This document shows, piece after piece, positions 10,522 to 20,115 of a stretch of DNA of 64,000 nucleotides. Position 1 is the first letter of the stretch; the number at the start of each line of letters is the position of its first letter. A model generated the notes under the pieces. The model saw only the letters and a program-made list of their open reading frames with translations, had not been told where the DNA came from and did not search any database. Origin of the DNA: Acidobacteriota bacterium (lineage in GTDB: Bacteria > Acidobacteriota > UBA6911 > RPQK01 > JAJDTT01). The translations under genes were made by a program, and so were the position numbers. The stretch covers positions 6,080,001 through 6,144,000 of the forward strand of contig OZ253580.1 of the NCBI GenBank assembly GCA_965263035.1, in the 5' to 3' direction.

Positions 10522-11994
10522 ATGCCTGAGACGATACCGCAGATCCGGCCCTCATTCAACCGATCCCTCCGCCTCGAGACCCGCCCCGAGTTGCTCAGTG
10601 CGGACACGGGAGCCCTGGTGCAACGGGAGATGATGGATCGTAGCGGCCTCATCGACTGGTTGACCGGGCGGTTGCACGATCCGCGACACCCGAGTTCGAT
10701 CCGCTATCCGCTGTCGGATCTGCTGCGGACTCGACTCCTGCTGCTGGGTCAGGGCTGGCGCGACCAGTCCGACGCCGACCGCCTGCGTCAGGATCCGAGC
10801 TTGCGGGTGGCGAGCCGGACCCGTCGGGGCACGGCGGCCTTGGAGGAGGGCCAGGGGCTGGCGTCGCAGCCGACCTTGTCCCGACTGCTGGACACGCTCA
10901 GCCGGGAGGAGAACCTTCCGGTCCTGCACCAGGCGGTGACGGAGCTGGCGTGCCGTCGGATCGAGATGATCGAAGGCCGGCGGCGAAAACGGAGGGAAAA
11001 GACCCCACGGAAGAAGAGACGGAAAAAGACGATGGTCCTGGACGTGGACGGTCTCCCGGTCGAGGTCCATGGGCATCCCCCGGGAAGCGAATGGAACGGA
11101 TACTATCGCCAGCGGATGTACCACGGGTTGGTGGCGAGTTGTGCCGAGACGGGGGACCTGATCGACGGGGAGATTTTTCCGGGAGCCAGCTACCTGGGGA
11201 AAAAGGCGCTGAAGTTGACGCTCCGGGTGGTGGACCACTGTCGCGGGCGTCTGTGCGGCTCGATGATCGTGCGGATGGATGCGGGGTTCCCGGAGCCGGG
11301 GCTGCTGAAGGGGCTGGAGTCGAGAAGCGTGCCCTATATCGCTCGAATCCGCAAGAATGAGGTCCTGAACCGGATGGCGAAGCCCTACTTGACCCAACCG
11401 GCGGGGCGATCCCCGGATGCACCACCGAGGCTCTGGTTCCATGAGCTGACCTATCAGGCGGAGAGTTGGGATCGGGCGCGCCGGGTGGTGCTGGTGGTGC
11501 GGGAGCGACCGGAGGAGTTGTATCCGGATCATTTCTGGTTGCTGACGAGCCTGAGCCGGAAACGATACCAGGCTCAGGAGTTGCTGGCACAGTATCGAAA
11601 GCGGGGGAAGGCGGAAGGGCACATGGGGGAGTTGATGGACGTGCTCGATCCGGCCTTGTCCTCCGCGAGCCGGCCCAAGACGCACTATCGGGGCCAACCG
11701 CTGAAGTCGGAAGCCAAGCCGGAAGCGAGGACGGAGGCCGGGGTTCGACCCCACAACGAAGTCTTGTTCCTGCTGAATCTTCTGGGGTACGAGATCCTGC
11801 ACCTGGGTCGGGTGCTGATGGAGCAGGCGACGCGTCGGGGCTGGAGTCTGCGTCGTTTTCGCGAGCGGGTGTTGCGAGTGGCGAGTCGGGCGCTACGTCA
11901 GGGGAGGCGATTGATTTTCGTCATCAGTCAAGGGGCGACGGACTGGAAGGAGTTGTGGCAGAGACTGGCGCGGGTGTCCTGGGCGCCGGGATAG
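10522..11994 (+). CDS. IS1380-family DDE transposase, copy 1
   Basis: LASQPTLSRL, LDVD, VRMDAGF, YRKRGKAE motifs. Confidence 0.93.
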   Translation: MPETIPQIRPSFNRSLRLETRPELLSADTGALVQREMMDRSGLIDWLTGRLHDPRHPSSIRYPLSDLLRTRLLLLGQGWRDQSDADRLRQDPSLRVASRTRRGTAALEEGQGLASQPTLSRLLDTLSREENLPVLHQAVTELACRRIEMIEGRRRKRREKTPRKKRRKKTMVLDVDGLPVEVHGHPPGSEWNGYYRQRMYHGLVASCAETGDLIDGEIFPGASYLGKKALKLTLRVVDHCRGRLCGSMIVRMDAGFPEPGLLKGLESRSVPYIARIRKNEVLNRMAKPYLTQPAGRSPDAPPRLWFHELTYQAESWDRARRVVLVVRERPEELYPDHFWLLTSLSRKRYQAQELLAQYRKRGKAEGHMGELMDVLDPALSSASRPKTHYRGQPLKSEAKPEARTEAGVRPHNEVLFLLNLLGYEILHLGRVLMEQATRRGWSLRRFRERVLRVASRALRQGRRLIFVISQGATDWKELWQRLARVSWAPG

Positions 11995-12445
11995 TGGACG
12001 GAGGAGGCATCGGGCCCGTGGAAGGGACCGAAACGGTGGGGATTTCTCACCGGAAAGTCAACCTGTTGGCGGGTGACGGTCCCCCTGGCCGGAAAACGGT
12101 TAATGACTGGTTCAATCGTCCTGTTTTCGAGCCGATTCAGTCGAATCGACAGAGGTTCAAGCCCAGATTATTCACCACGCAAACATAAAATGAGCAAGCG
12201 TGCCCGTCATGTCGAGTCGGATCAGAGGGTTACCGGATACCCACAGAAAACGGCTGAGACCCGACCTGGGTGAAACGCTATCTTTGTTTTCAACGTCGGT
12301 TTAAACTCAGGATTCAAGGGGGGCCGAAAGCCAAGAAATTCCACGGTTTTCGTCCCCTCCAAGGGCGGCATAAAGAGGCGGCGTGCCCGTCATTTGTGGT
12401 ATAGTTATGGTGTTACAAAAACAACCACAATAAACGGAGCACGCC

Positions 12446-13918
12446 ATGCCTGAGACGATACCGCAGATCCGGCCCTCATTCAACCGATCCCTCCGCCTCG
12501 AGACCCGCCCCGAGTTGCTCAGTGCGGACACGGGAGCCCTGGTGCAACGGGAGATGATGGATCGTAGCGGCCTCATCGACTGGTTGACCGGGCGGTTGCA
12601 CGATCCGCGACACCCGAGTTCGATCCGCTATCCGCTGTCGGATCTGCTGCGGACTCGACTCCTGCTGCTGGGTCAGGGCTGGCGCGACCAGTCCGACGCC
12701 GACCGCCTGCGTCAGGATCCGAGCTTGCGGGTGGCGAGCCGGACCCGTCGGGGCACGGCGGCCTTGGAGGAGGGCCAGGGGCTGGCGTCGCAGCCGACCT
12801 TGTCCCGACTGCTGGACACGCTCAGCCGGGAGGAGAACCTTCCGGTCCTGCACCAGGCGGTGACGGAGCTGGCGTGCCGTCGGATCGAGATGATCGAAGG
12901 CCGGCGGCGAAAACGGAGGGAAAAGACCCCACGGAAGAAGAGACGGAAAAAGACGATGGTCCTGGACGTGGACGGTCTCCCGGTCGAGGTCCATGGGCAT
13001 CCCCCGGGAAGCGAATGGAACGGATACTATCGCCAGCGGATGTACCACGGGTTGGTGGCGAGTTGTGCCGAGACGGGGGACCTGATCGACGGGGAGATTT
13101 TTCCGGGAGCCAGCTACCTGGGGAAAAAGGCGCTGAAGTTGACGCTCCGGGTGGTGGACCACTGTCGCGGGCGTCTGTGCGGCTCGATGATCGTGCGGAT
13201 GGATGCGGGGTTCCCGGAGCCGGGGCTGCTGAAGGGGCTGGAGTCGAGAAGCGTGCCCTATATCGCTCGAATCCGCAAGAATGAGGTCCTGAACCGGATG
13301 GCGAAGCCCTACTTGACCCAACCGGCGGGGCGATCCCCGGATGCACCACCGAGGCTCTGGTTCCATGAGCTGACCTATCAGGCGGAGAGTTGGGATCGGG
13401 CGCGCCGGGTGGTGCTGGTGGTGCGGGAGCGACCGGAGGAGTTGTATCCGGATCATTTCTGGTTGCTGACGAGCCTGAGCCGGAAACGATACCAGGCTCA
13501 GGAGTTGCTGGCACAGTATCGAAAGCGGGGGAAGGCGGAAGGGCACATGGGGGAGTTGATGGACGTGCTCGATCCGGCCTTGTCCTCCGCGAGCCGGCCC
13601 AAGACGCACTATCGGGGCCAACCGCTGAAGTCGGAAGCCAAGCCGGAAGCGAGGACGGAGGCCGGGGTTCGACCCCACAACGAAGTCTTGTTCCTGCTGA
13701 ATCTTCTGGGGTACGAGATCCTGCACCTGGGTCGGGTGCTGATGGAGCAGGCGACGCGTCGGGGCTGGAGTCTGCGTCGTTTTCGCGAGCGGGTGTTGCG
13801 AGTGGCGAGTCGGGCGCTACGTCAGGGGAGGCGATTGATTTTCGTCATCAGTCAAGGGGCGACGGACTGGAAGGAGTTGTGGCAGAGACTGGCGCGGGTG
13901 TCCTGGGCGCCGGGATAG
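12446..13918 (+). CDS. IS1380-family DDE transposase, copy 2
   Basis: Translation identical to copy 1. Confidence 0.93.
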   Translation: MPETIPQIRPSFNRSLRLETRPELLSADTGALVQREMMDRSGLIDWLTGRLHDPRHPSSIRYPLSDLLRTRLLLLGQGWRDQSDADRLRQDPSLRVASRTRRGTAALEEGQGLASQPTLSRLLDTLSREENLPVLHQAVTELACRRIEMIEGRRRKRREKTPRKKRRKKTMVLDVDGLPVEVHGHPPGSEWNGYYRQRMYHGLVASCAETGDLIDGEIFPGASYLGKKALKLTLRVVDHCRGRLCGSMIVRMDAGFPEPGLLKGLESRSVPYIARIRKNEVLNRMAKPYLTQPAGRSPDAPPRLWFHELTYQAESWDRARRVVLVVRERPEELYPDHFWLLTSLSRKRYQAQELLAQYRKRGKAEGHMGELMDVLDPALSSASRPKTHYRGQPLKSEAKPEARTEAGVRPHNEVLFLLNLLGYEILHLGRVLMEQATRRGWSLRRFRERVLRVASRALRQGRRLIFVISQGATDWKELWQRLARVSWAPG

Positions 13919-14369
13919 TGGACGGAGGAGGCATCGGGCCCGTGGAAGGGACCGAAACGGTGGGGATTTCTCACCGGAAAGTCAACCTGTTGGCGGGTGA
14001 CGGTCCCCCTGGCCGGAAAACGGTTAATGACTGGTTCAATCGTCCTGTTTTCGAGCCGATTCAGTCGAATCGACAGAGGTTCAAGCCCAGATTATTCACC
14101 ACGCAAACATAAAATGAGCAAGCGTGCCCGTCATGTCGAGTCGGATCAGAGGGTTACCGGATACCCACAGAAAACGGCTGAGACCCGACCTGGGTGAAAC
14201 GCTATCTTTGTTTTCAACGTCGGTTTAAACTCAGGATTCAAGGGGGGCCGAAAGCCAAGAAATTCCACGGTTTTCGTCCCCTCCAAGGGCGGCATAAAGA
14301 GGCGGCGTGCCCGTCATTTGTGGTATAGTTATGGTGTTACAAAAACAACCACAATAAACGGAGCACGCC

Positions 14370-15842
14370 ATGCCTGAGACGATACCGCAGATCCGGCCCT
14401 CATTCAACCGATCCCTCCGCCTCGAGACCCGCCCCGAGTTGCTCAGTGCGGACACGGGAGCCCTGGTGCAACGGGAGATGATGGATCGTAGCGGCCTCAT
14501 CGACTGGTTGACCGGGCGGTTGCACGATCCGCGACACCCGAGTTCGATCCGCTATCCGCTGTCGGATCTGCTGCGGACTCGACTCCTGCTGCTGGGTCAG
14601 GGCTGGCGCGACCAGTCCGACGCCGACCGCCTGCGTCAGGATCCGAGCTTGCGGGTGGCGAGCCGGACCCGTCGGGGCACGGCGGCCTTGGAGGAGGGCC
14701 AGGGGCTGGCGTCGCAGCCGACCTTGTCCCGACTGCTGGACACGCTCAGCCGGGAGGAGAACCTTCCGGTCCTGCACCAGGCGGTGACGGAGCTGGCGTG
14801 CCGTCGGATCGAGATGATCGAAGGCCGGCGGCGAAAACGGAGGGAAAAGACCCCACGGAAGAAGAGACGGAAAAAGACGATGGTCCTGGACGTGGACGGT
14901 CTCCCGGTCGAGGTCCATGGGCATCCCCCGGGAAGCGAATGGAACGGATACTATCGCCAGCGGATGTACCACGGGTTGGTGGCGAGTTGTGCCGAGACGG
15001 GGGACCTGATCGACGGGGAGATTTTTCCGGGAGCCAGCTACCTGGGGAAAAAGGCGCTGAAGTTGACGCTCCGGGTGGTGGACCACTGTCGCGGGCGTCT
15101 GTGCGGCTCGATGATCGTGCGGATGGATGCGGGGTTCCCGGAGCCGGGGCTGCTGAAGGGGCTGGAGTCGAGAAGCGTGCCCTATATCGCTCGAATCCGC
15201 AAGAATGAGGTCCTGAACCGGATGGCGAAGCCCTACTTGACCCAACCGGCGGGGCGATCCCCGGATGCACCACCGAGGCTCTGGTTCCATGAGCTGACCT
15301 ATCAGGCGGAGAGTTGGGATCGGGCGCGCCGGGTGGTGCTGGTGGTGCGGGAGCGACCGGAGGAGTTGTATCCGGATCATTTCTGGTTGCTGACGAGCCT
15401 GAGCCGGAAACGATACCAGGCTCAGGAGTTGCTGGCACAGTATCGAAAGCGGGGGAAGGCGGAAGGGCACATGGGGGAGTTGATGGACGTGCTCGATCCG
15501 GCCTTGTCCTCCGCGAGCCGGCCCAAGACGCACTATCGGGGCCAACCGCTGAAGTCGGAAGCCAAGCCGGAAGCGAGGACGGAGGCCGGGGTTCGACCCC
15601 ACAACGAAGTCTTGTTCCTGCTGAATCTTCTGGGGTACGAGATCCTGCACCTGGGTCGGGTGCTGATGGAGCAGGCGACGCGTCGGGGCTGGAGTCTGCG
15701 TCGTTTTCGCGAGCGGGTGTTGCGAGTGGCGAGTCGGGCGCTACGTCAGGGGAGGCGATTGATTTTCGTCATCAGTCAAGGGGCGACGGACTGGAAGGAG
15801 TTGTGGCAGAGACTGGCGCGGGTGTCCTGGGCGCCGGGATAG
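14370..15842 (+). CDS. IS1380-family DDE transposase, copy 3
   Basis: Translation identical to copy 1. Confidence 0.93.
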   Translation: MPETIPQIRPSFNRSLRLETRPELLSADTGALVQREMMDRSGLIDWLTGRLHDPRHPSSIRYPLSDLLRTRLLLLGQGWRDQSDADRLRQDPSLRVASRTRRGTAALEEGQGLASQPTLSRLLDTLSREENLPVLHQAVTELACRRIEMIEGRRRKRREKTPRKKRRKKTMVLDVDGLPVEVHGHPPGSEWNGYYRQRMYHGLVASCAETGDLIDGEIFPGASYLGKKALKLTLRVVDHCRGRLCGSMIVRMDAGFPEPGLLKGLESRSVPYIARIRKNEVLNRMAKPYLTQPAGRSPDAPPRLWFHELTYQAESWDRARRVVLVVRERPEELYPDHFWLLTSLSRKRYQAQELLAQYRKRGKAEGHMGELMDVLDPALSSASRPKTHYRGQPLKSEAKPEARTEAGVRPHNEVLFLLNLLGYEILHLGRVLMEQATRRGWSLRRFRERVLRVASRALRQGRRLIFVISQGATDWKELWQRLARVSWAPG

Positions 15843-16687
15843 TGGACGGAGGAGGCATCGGGCCCGTGGAAGGGACCGAAACGGTGGGGATTTCTCACCG
15901 GAAAGTCAACCTGTTGGCGGGTGACGGTCCCCCTGGCCGGAAAACGGTTAATGACTGGTTCAATCGTCCTGTTTTCGAGCCGATTCAGTCGAATCGACAG
16001 AGGTTCAAGAGAAACCGGGCTCCGACCGCACGAAAACGCCGGGTTGGAAGCCCTTATCAACATGTCCCATGAATAATCTGGGTCGAGAGCTTCTATGCCT
16101 GAATCAAACAATACACTTTCATTTCCATTGATGCGGACTGTATACAGTCTCCCTCCTTCATCACGGAGCAGATATCCGTTTTCGACAAGGTAGCGTCGTA
16201 ACGACACACAATCAAACGACACACAGTCTAAGGATGCATCCAGGCCGATTGAACCAATCCACTCTCTAAGCGAACTATTCAATTCTCGTTCCGAGTACGG
16301 ACTCTTGCTCTCAAGTGTTTGAGCAATTGCTCGAAACAATATGTGGCGATCACGCTGCTTCCGTGGCAGCACAATCACACCGCCGCCACACACAGCGGAT
16401 AGCCTCGCCTCAAACTCGCGCCGATCTACTGGGGGCTGTTTTCCATTCATCCTATCCCTTACTGTCTCTTACCGGCCGGCAAGTATAAACGAAAGTTCCG
16501 TTTCTACCTGATCGCAGATGGCATCAAGCAGCTCTTGTTCGGCCGTGCCGCCGGAATTTGGAAAACCTCGTCATGAACCCCGAGCGAACTTGCTTCCCCT
16601 GTTCTCCTAAACCTCCAGAAAGATGGGGAAAGTCCAGATGCGTGGGAAGCTCGACGGATGTGCGGTTGCCTTGTAAACTGGAGTTTC

Positions 16688-18151
16688 ATGTCGAGCCTCT
16701 CACCCGACCCGTTGCCGCCGTTCCATCCCGGCTTCTCCCGGCGGGAGATGCTCCGGCGCACTTCCACCGGGTTCGGGATGCTGGCCCTGTCGGCCCTCCT
16801 GGCCGACCCGGCATACGCCGGTCGGGCTCCCTCTACTCCCAAAAATCCGCTGGCGCCCAAACCGAGCCATTACAAGCCCCGGGTCCGCAACGTCATCTTC
16901 TGCTATCTGTCGGGGGGCCTCTCCCATATCGATTCCTTCGATCCCAAGCCCCGCCTGGACAAGGAGGCGGGCGAGCCCATGCCGTTCAGGACCGAACGGA
17001 CCATGTTCAACCTGGACGGCAACATCTTCCCCAGTCCCTGGAAGTTCCGGCGTTACGGGAGCAGCGGAATCCCCGTCAGCGACCTGTTTCCCCACATCGG
17101 AAGCGTGGCCGACGAGTTGACGGTGATCCGTTCCATGACCGCCAAGTTCATGGCCCACGCCCAAGCCAACTACTATTTCCACTGCGGGACCCCCTTCTCG
17201 GGGTTCCCCAGCATGGGCGCCTGGATCAGCTACGGCCTGGGCAGCGAGAACCGGAACCTGCCCGGTTTCGTAGTGCTGGGGAGCGGCGGGATCCCCCTGG
17301 GGGGCATCAACATGTTCGGCAACGGATTCCTGTCGGCCGTCCACCAGGGATCCTTCATCTTTCCCGGACGCGAGGAGCCTCTCGGCAACATCCGGCCCCG
17401 GGAATCGGACCTCCGCCAGCGACAGACGATGTCTTTCGTCAACGACCTGGACCGGGAATTTCTGGCGGCTGCCGGCAGGCACTCCCAGGTGGAGGCCGCC
17501 ATCCGGAACTACGAGACCGCCTACCGGATGCAGAGTTCGGTGCCCGAGTTGGTGGATCTGAGGGGAGAAAGCCAGGCCACTCGAAAGTTGTACGGTGTCG
17601 ACTCGGCAGTTCCGGCCAAGGCGGCCTACGCACGCCAGTGCCTGGTGGCCCGGCGGCTCGTGGAACGGGGAGTGCGTTTCGTGGAGCTCACCATGGTCCG
17701 GGGCGACGGCAAGGGGGGCATGAGCAACCCGTGGGACCAGCACACCAAGCTGGTTCACGGGCACGGCTCCAACGCCCTGGCGGTGGACCAGCCGGTGGCG
17801 GCCCTGATCAAGGATCTCAAGGCCCGGGGTCTCCTGGACGAGACCCTGGTCATCTTCTCGGGCGAGTTCGGACGGACGCCTTTCATCCAAGGCGAGGACG
17901 GCCGGGACCACAATCCCTTCGGCTTCAGCCTCTGGCTGGCCGGCGGCGGCCTCAAGAAGGGATTCATCTACGGCGCCACCGACGAGTACGGTTACCGGGT
18001 GGTGGAGAACCGGCAGACCATCCACGATCTCCACGCCACCATCCTCCACCTCATGGGACTCGATCACCAGGCGCTCAGCTACCGTTTCGGCGGACGAGAC
18101 TTCCGTCTCACCGACGTCCACGGGCACGTGATCCAGGGTATTCTGGCCTGA
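16688..18151 (+). CDS. DUF1501 (sulfatase-like) TAT-exported protein, paralog 1
   Basis: SRREMLRR twin-arginine signal, [33 protein letters not shown]. Confidence 0.92.
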   Translation: MSSLSPDPLPPFHPGFSRREMLRRTSTGFGMLALSALLADPAYAGRAPSTPKNPLAPKPSHYKPRVRNVIFCYLSGGLSHIDSFDPKPRLDKEAGEPMPFRTERTMFNLDGNIFPSPWKFRRYGSSGIPVSDLFPHIGSVADELTVIRSMTAKFMAHAQANYYFHCGTPFSGFPSMGAWISYGLGSENRNLPGFVVLGSGGIPLGGINMFGNGFLSAVHQGSFIFPGREEPLGNIRPRESDLRQRQTMSFVNDLDREFLAAAGRHSQVEAAIRNYETAYRMQSSVPELVDLRGESQATRKLYGVDSAVPAKAAYARQCLVARRLVERGVRFVELTMVRGDGKGGMSNPWDQHTKLVHGHGSNALAVDQPVAALIKDLKARGLLDETLVIFSGEFGRTPFIQGEDGRDHNPFGFSLWLAGGGLKKGFIYGATDEYGYRVVENRQTIHDLHATILHLMGLDHQALSYRFGGRDFRLTDVHGHVIQGILA

Positions 18152-18283
18152 TTCGAGAGTCGGCGAGCTTCCAACGAACCATTCGATTAGAGTTCCGAAC
18201 ACTGGTGACGTCCAGCGACCACCCGGTCTGAGTCGCATCGTGCGATAATTACTGAAACCTCGCCTCGCCACATGGTCGACGTC

Positions 18284-19975
18284 ATGAGAAAGCGAACCAA
18301 GTCTCGGTTCATTCTCATCGGGATCGGCATATTGGCTCTGATTTTCTGCCTGTGGGTCATTTTCCTTGAACCTCGGGGCGATTCCTCAAATGCCGTCAGT
18401 CTCGCTCCCCAAACGATCAGCGACGACGGAGCACGGGATTCTGACCCGGTGCGCAATAGAAACGCTGAACGAGCGCACGTCAGGCTCCAAGGGTCAAGAT
18501 CGGCAGTCCCGGACGAATCCGTTCCAAATCAAGGCAGGCCTCCGCAATCTATTGGCTCGGAGAAGCGACGGGCAGTGCAATCGACCATTGCCGGCATCGT
18601 CGCGAACAGCCAGGATGGCGCTCCAATCCAAGGCGCACGCCTCAAGTTATCGCCGGTTGGCAGCGAGGACGTGCGGTCCGAAGCCGTCAGCGGTCACGAC
18701 GGCAGTTTTCGGATGACCATCCGCGACGCAGGGCGATACACGCTCCGTGCCCAGGCGGACAGCTTCCGCCCCCATTCCACCGACGGGATACTCATTACGC
18801 CTGCTGAGAGAAGCCTCCAAAAGAACATCCTGATGACACCGCGGTTGGAACTTCGGGGCAGAGTCGTAGACCGCCATTCTCGAGGTATCGCTGGAGCGCA
18901 GGTCCGGCTCCGAGAAGAGACCCCAGGGCGGTTCGGGCGGTTCAAATCTTGTTGCGGCGAGCAGAGTGACGAATCGGGCCGTTTTCTGATGCCCAGACCA
19001 CCTGTTTCCGGAACCTTCTTCGCTGAGGCCGCACATCCTGAATACGAACTTGATTCTCGCGTTCCTGTGACATTGCCCAAGGATGACGAGGTGGTCATCA
19101 CGATGCGCCGCGTGCCGGAACCGCTATTGGCATCGATATCTGGTCACGTCTGGGATGCGAAAGGACATCCTATACACGGGGCAAGTGTCGGATTAATTGA
19201 ACGTGAACAAGACAGTCGTGTTTCGAACTATCTTGGAGACACGTCGACGGACCCGATGGGCCGCTTTTTCTTTCCCCGAGTCCGTTGGGGTACGTATTCG
19301 ATTAGTGCGGACGCAGAAGGCTACGCCGTACCAAGTCCTGGCCAAGGAAGGAAGGACTTAATAGTTGAATCCAGTCAGGAATATGAAATCGATCTGGTTC
19401 TGGAACGTCAGACGGCAGTCCAAGGTGTCGTTGTCGACACGGAGGGTCGGCCCGTTACCAAAGCTGGCGTAAATGCCGTTTTCGAACTGGGAACAGGAAG
19501 AACATTTATCGGTGTTTTTACTCCCTCTGACGGCACTTTCAATATTCCAGAAGTTCCCCCTGGAAGACTCTGGATGCAAGTGACTCATCGTGATTACGTT
19601 ACTTATGAAGCCGTTTTAGTGACGCCGACAGACGAATTCCTCACGGTCACCCTGCAGCCGGGATTTTCGTTGACCGGTTATGTCATGGACCAAAATAATG
19701 AACCGATAAGAGAATTCTCCCTTCGACTGTCCCCAGCCAGCCGCCAACACGACGTACCCGCCTCCCCCTTCGATTCCAAGACCGCGGACGTCTCCCCATC
19801 GGACGGTCATTTCCGCGTCAACGGTCTGGCACCCCAGACATACATTCTCTCTCTGCGCCCGCCGAACGCAGAAAGCTTGGAAACTCGTCTCGAACTCTCA
19901 GAATCGACAAGCGTCACCATCGTGCACGACCCGTCAGACTCGGACGCACCCATCCAGGTCCGCAAGTCCTGGTAG
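18284..19975 (+). CDS. Carboxypeptidase-regulatory-like domain protein, paralog 2
   Basis: Colinear homolog of 4706-6373. Confidence 0.8.
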   Translation: MRKRTKSRFILIGIGILALIFCLWVIFLEPRGDSSNAVSLAPQTISDDGARDSDPVRNRNAERAHVRLQGSRSAVPDESVPNQGRPPQSIGSEKRRAVQSTIAGIVANSQDGAPIQGARLKLSPVGSEDVRSEAVSGHDGSFRMTIRDAGRYTLRAQADSFRPHSTDGILITPAERSLQKNILMTPRLELRGRVVDRHSRGIAGAQVRLREETPGRFGRFKSCCGEQSDESGRFLMPRPPVSGTFFAEAAHPEYELDSRVPVTLPKDDEVVITMRRVPEPLLASISGHVWDAKGHPIHGASVGLIEREQDSRVSNYLGDTSTDPMGRFFFPRVRWGTYSISADAEGYAVPSPGQGRKDLIVESSQEYEIDLVLERQTAVQGVVVDTEGRPVTKAGVNAVFELGTGRTFIGVFTPSDGTFNIPEVPPGRLWMQVTHRDYVTYEAVLVTPTDEFLTVTLQPGFSLTGYVMDQNNEPIREFSLRLSPASRQHDVPASPFDSKTADVSPSDGHFRVNGLAPQTYILSLRPPNAESLETRLELSESTSVTIVHDPSDSDAPIQVRKSW

Positions 19976-20115
19976 GCCTGCGCGACGGCAACCGGCGTCA
20001 ATGCGATTCGTCGCGAGACACCGGCAGCACTTGGATTCCTTGCCTCTCGCCATCCACCATCGCTACACTTCCGATCAGCGGTGGAGAGCCCGCGGGTTCG
20101 AAACCGGCTTCAGTC

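Larger units (their letters stand above)
10239..16082 (+). mobile_element. Head-to-tail trimer of an IS1380-family element (units start at 10239, 12162, 14086)
   Basis: IRL CCCAGATTATTCA three times; single IRR TGAATAATCTGGG at 16070-16082; 5-bp TSD TCGAG at 10234-10238 and 16083-16087. Confidence 0.93.
10164..16450 (-). pseudogene. DUF2087-like protein interrupted by the IS1380 array
   Basis: LPRK, YSERELN, LRRYLVE motifs; removing the IS and one TCGAG restores the frame ...IEALD-VVNFIRSYKAHAIARKRRWLGL-stop (stop at 10164-10166). Confidence 0.75.

Noticed and set aside
10239-16082. Nested (IS-in-IS) insertion model for the trimer
   Set aside because: It would leave three right ends and internal TSD pairs; only one IRR is present
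15776-16450. 224-aa ORF as an intact gene
   Set aside because: Chimera: the DUF2087-like N-terminus reads into the IS1380 right end
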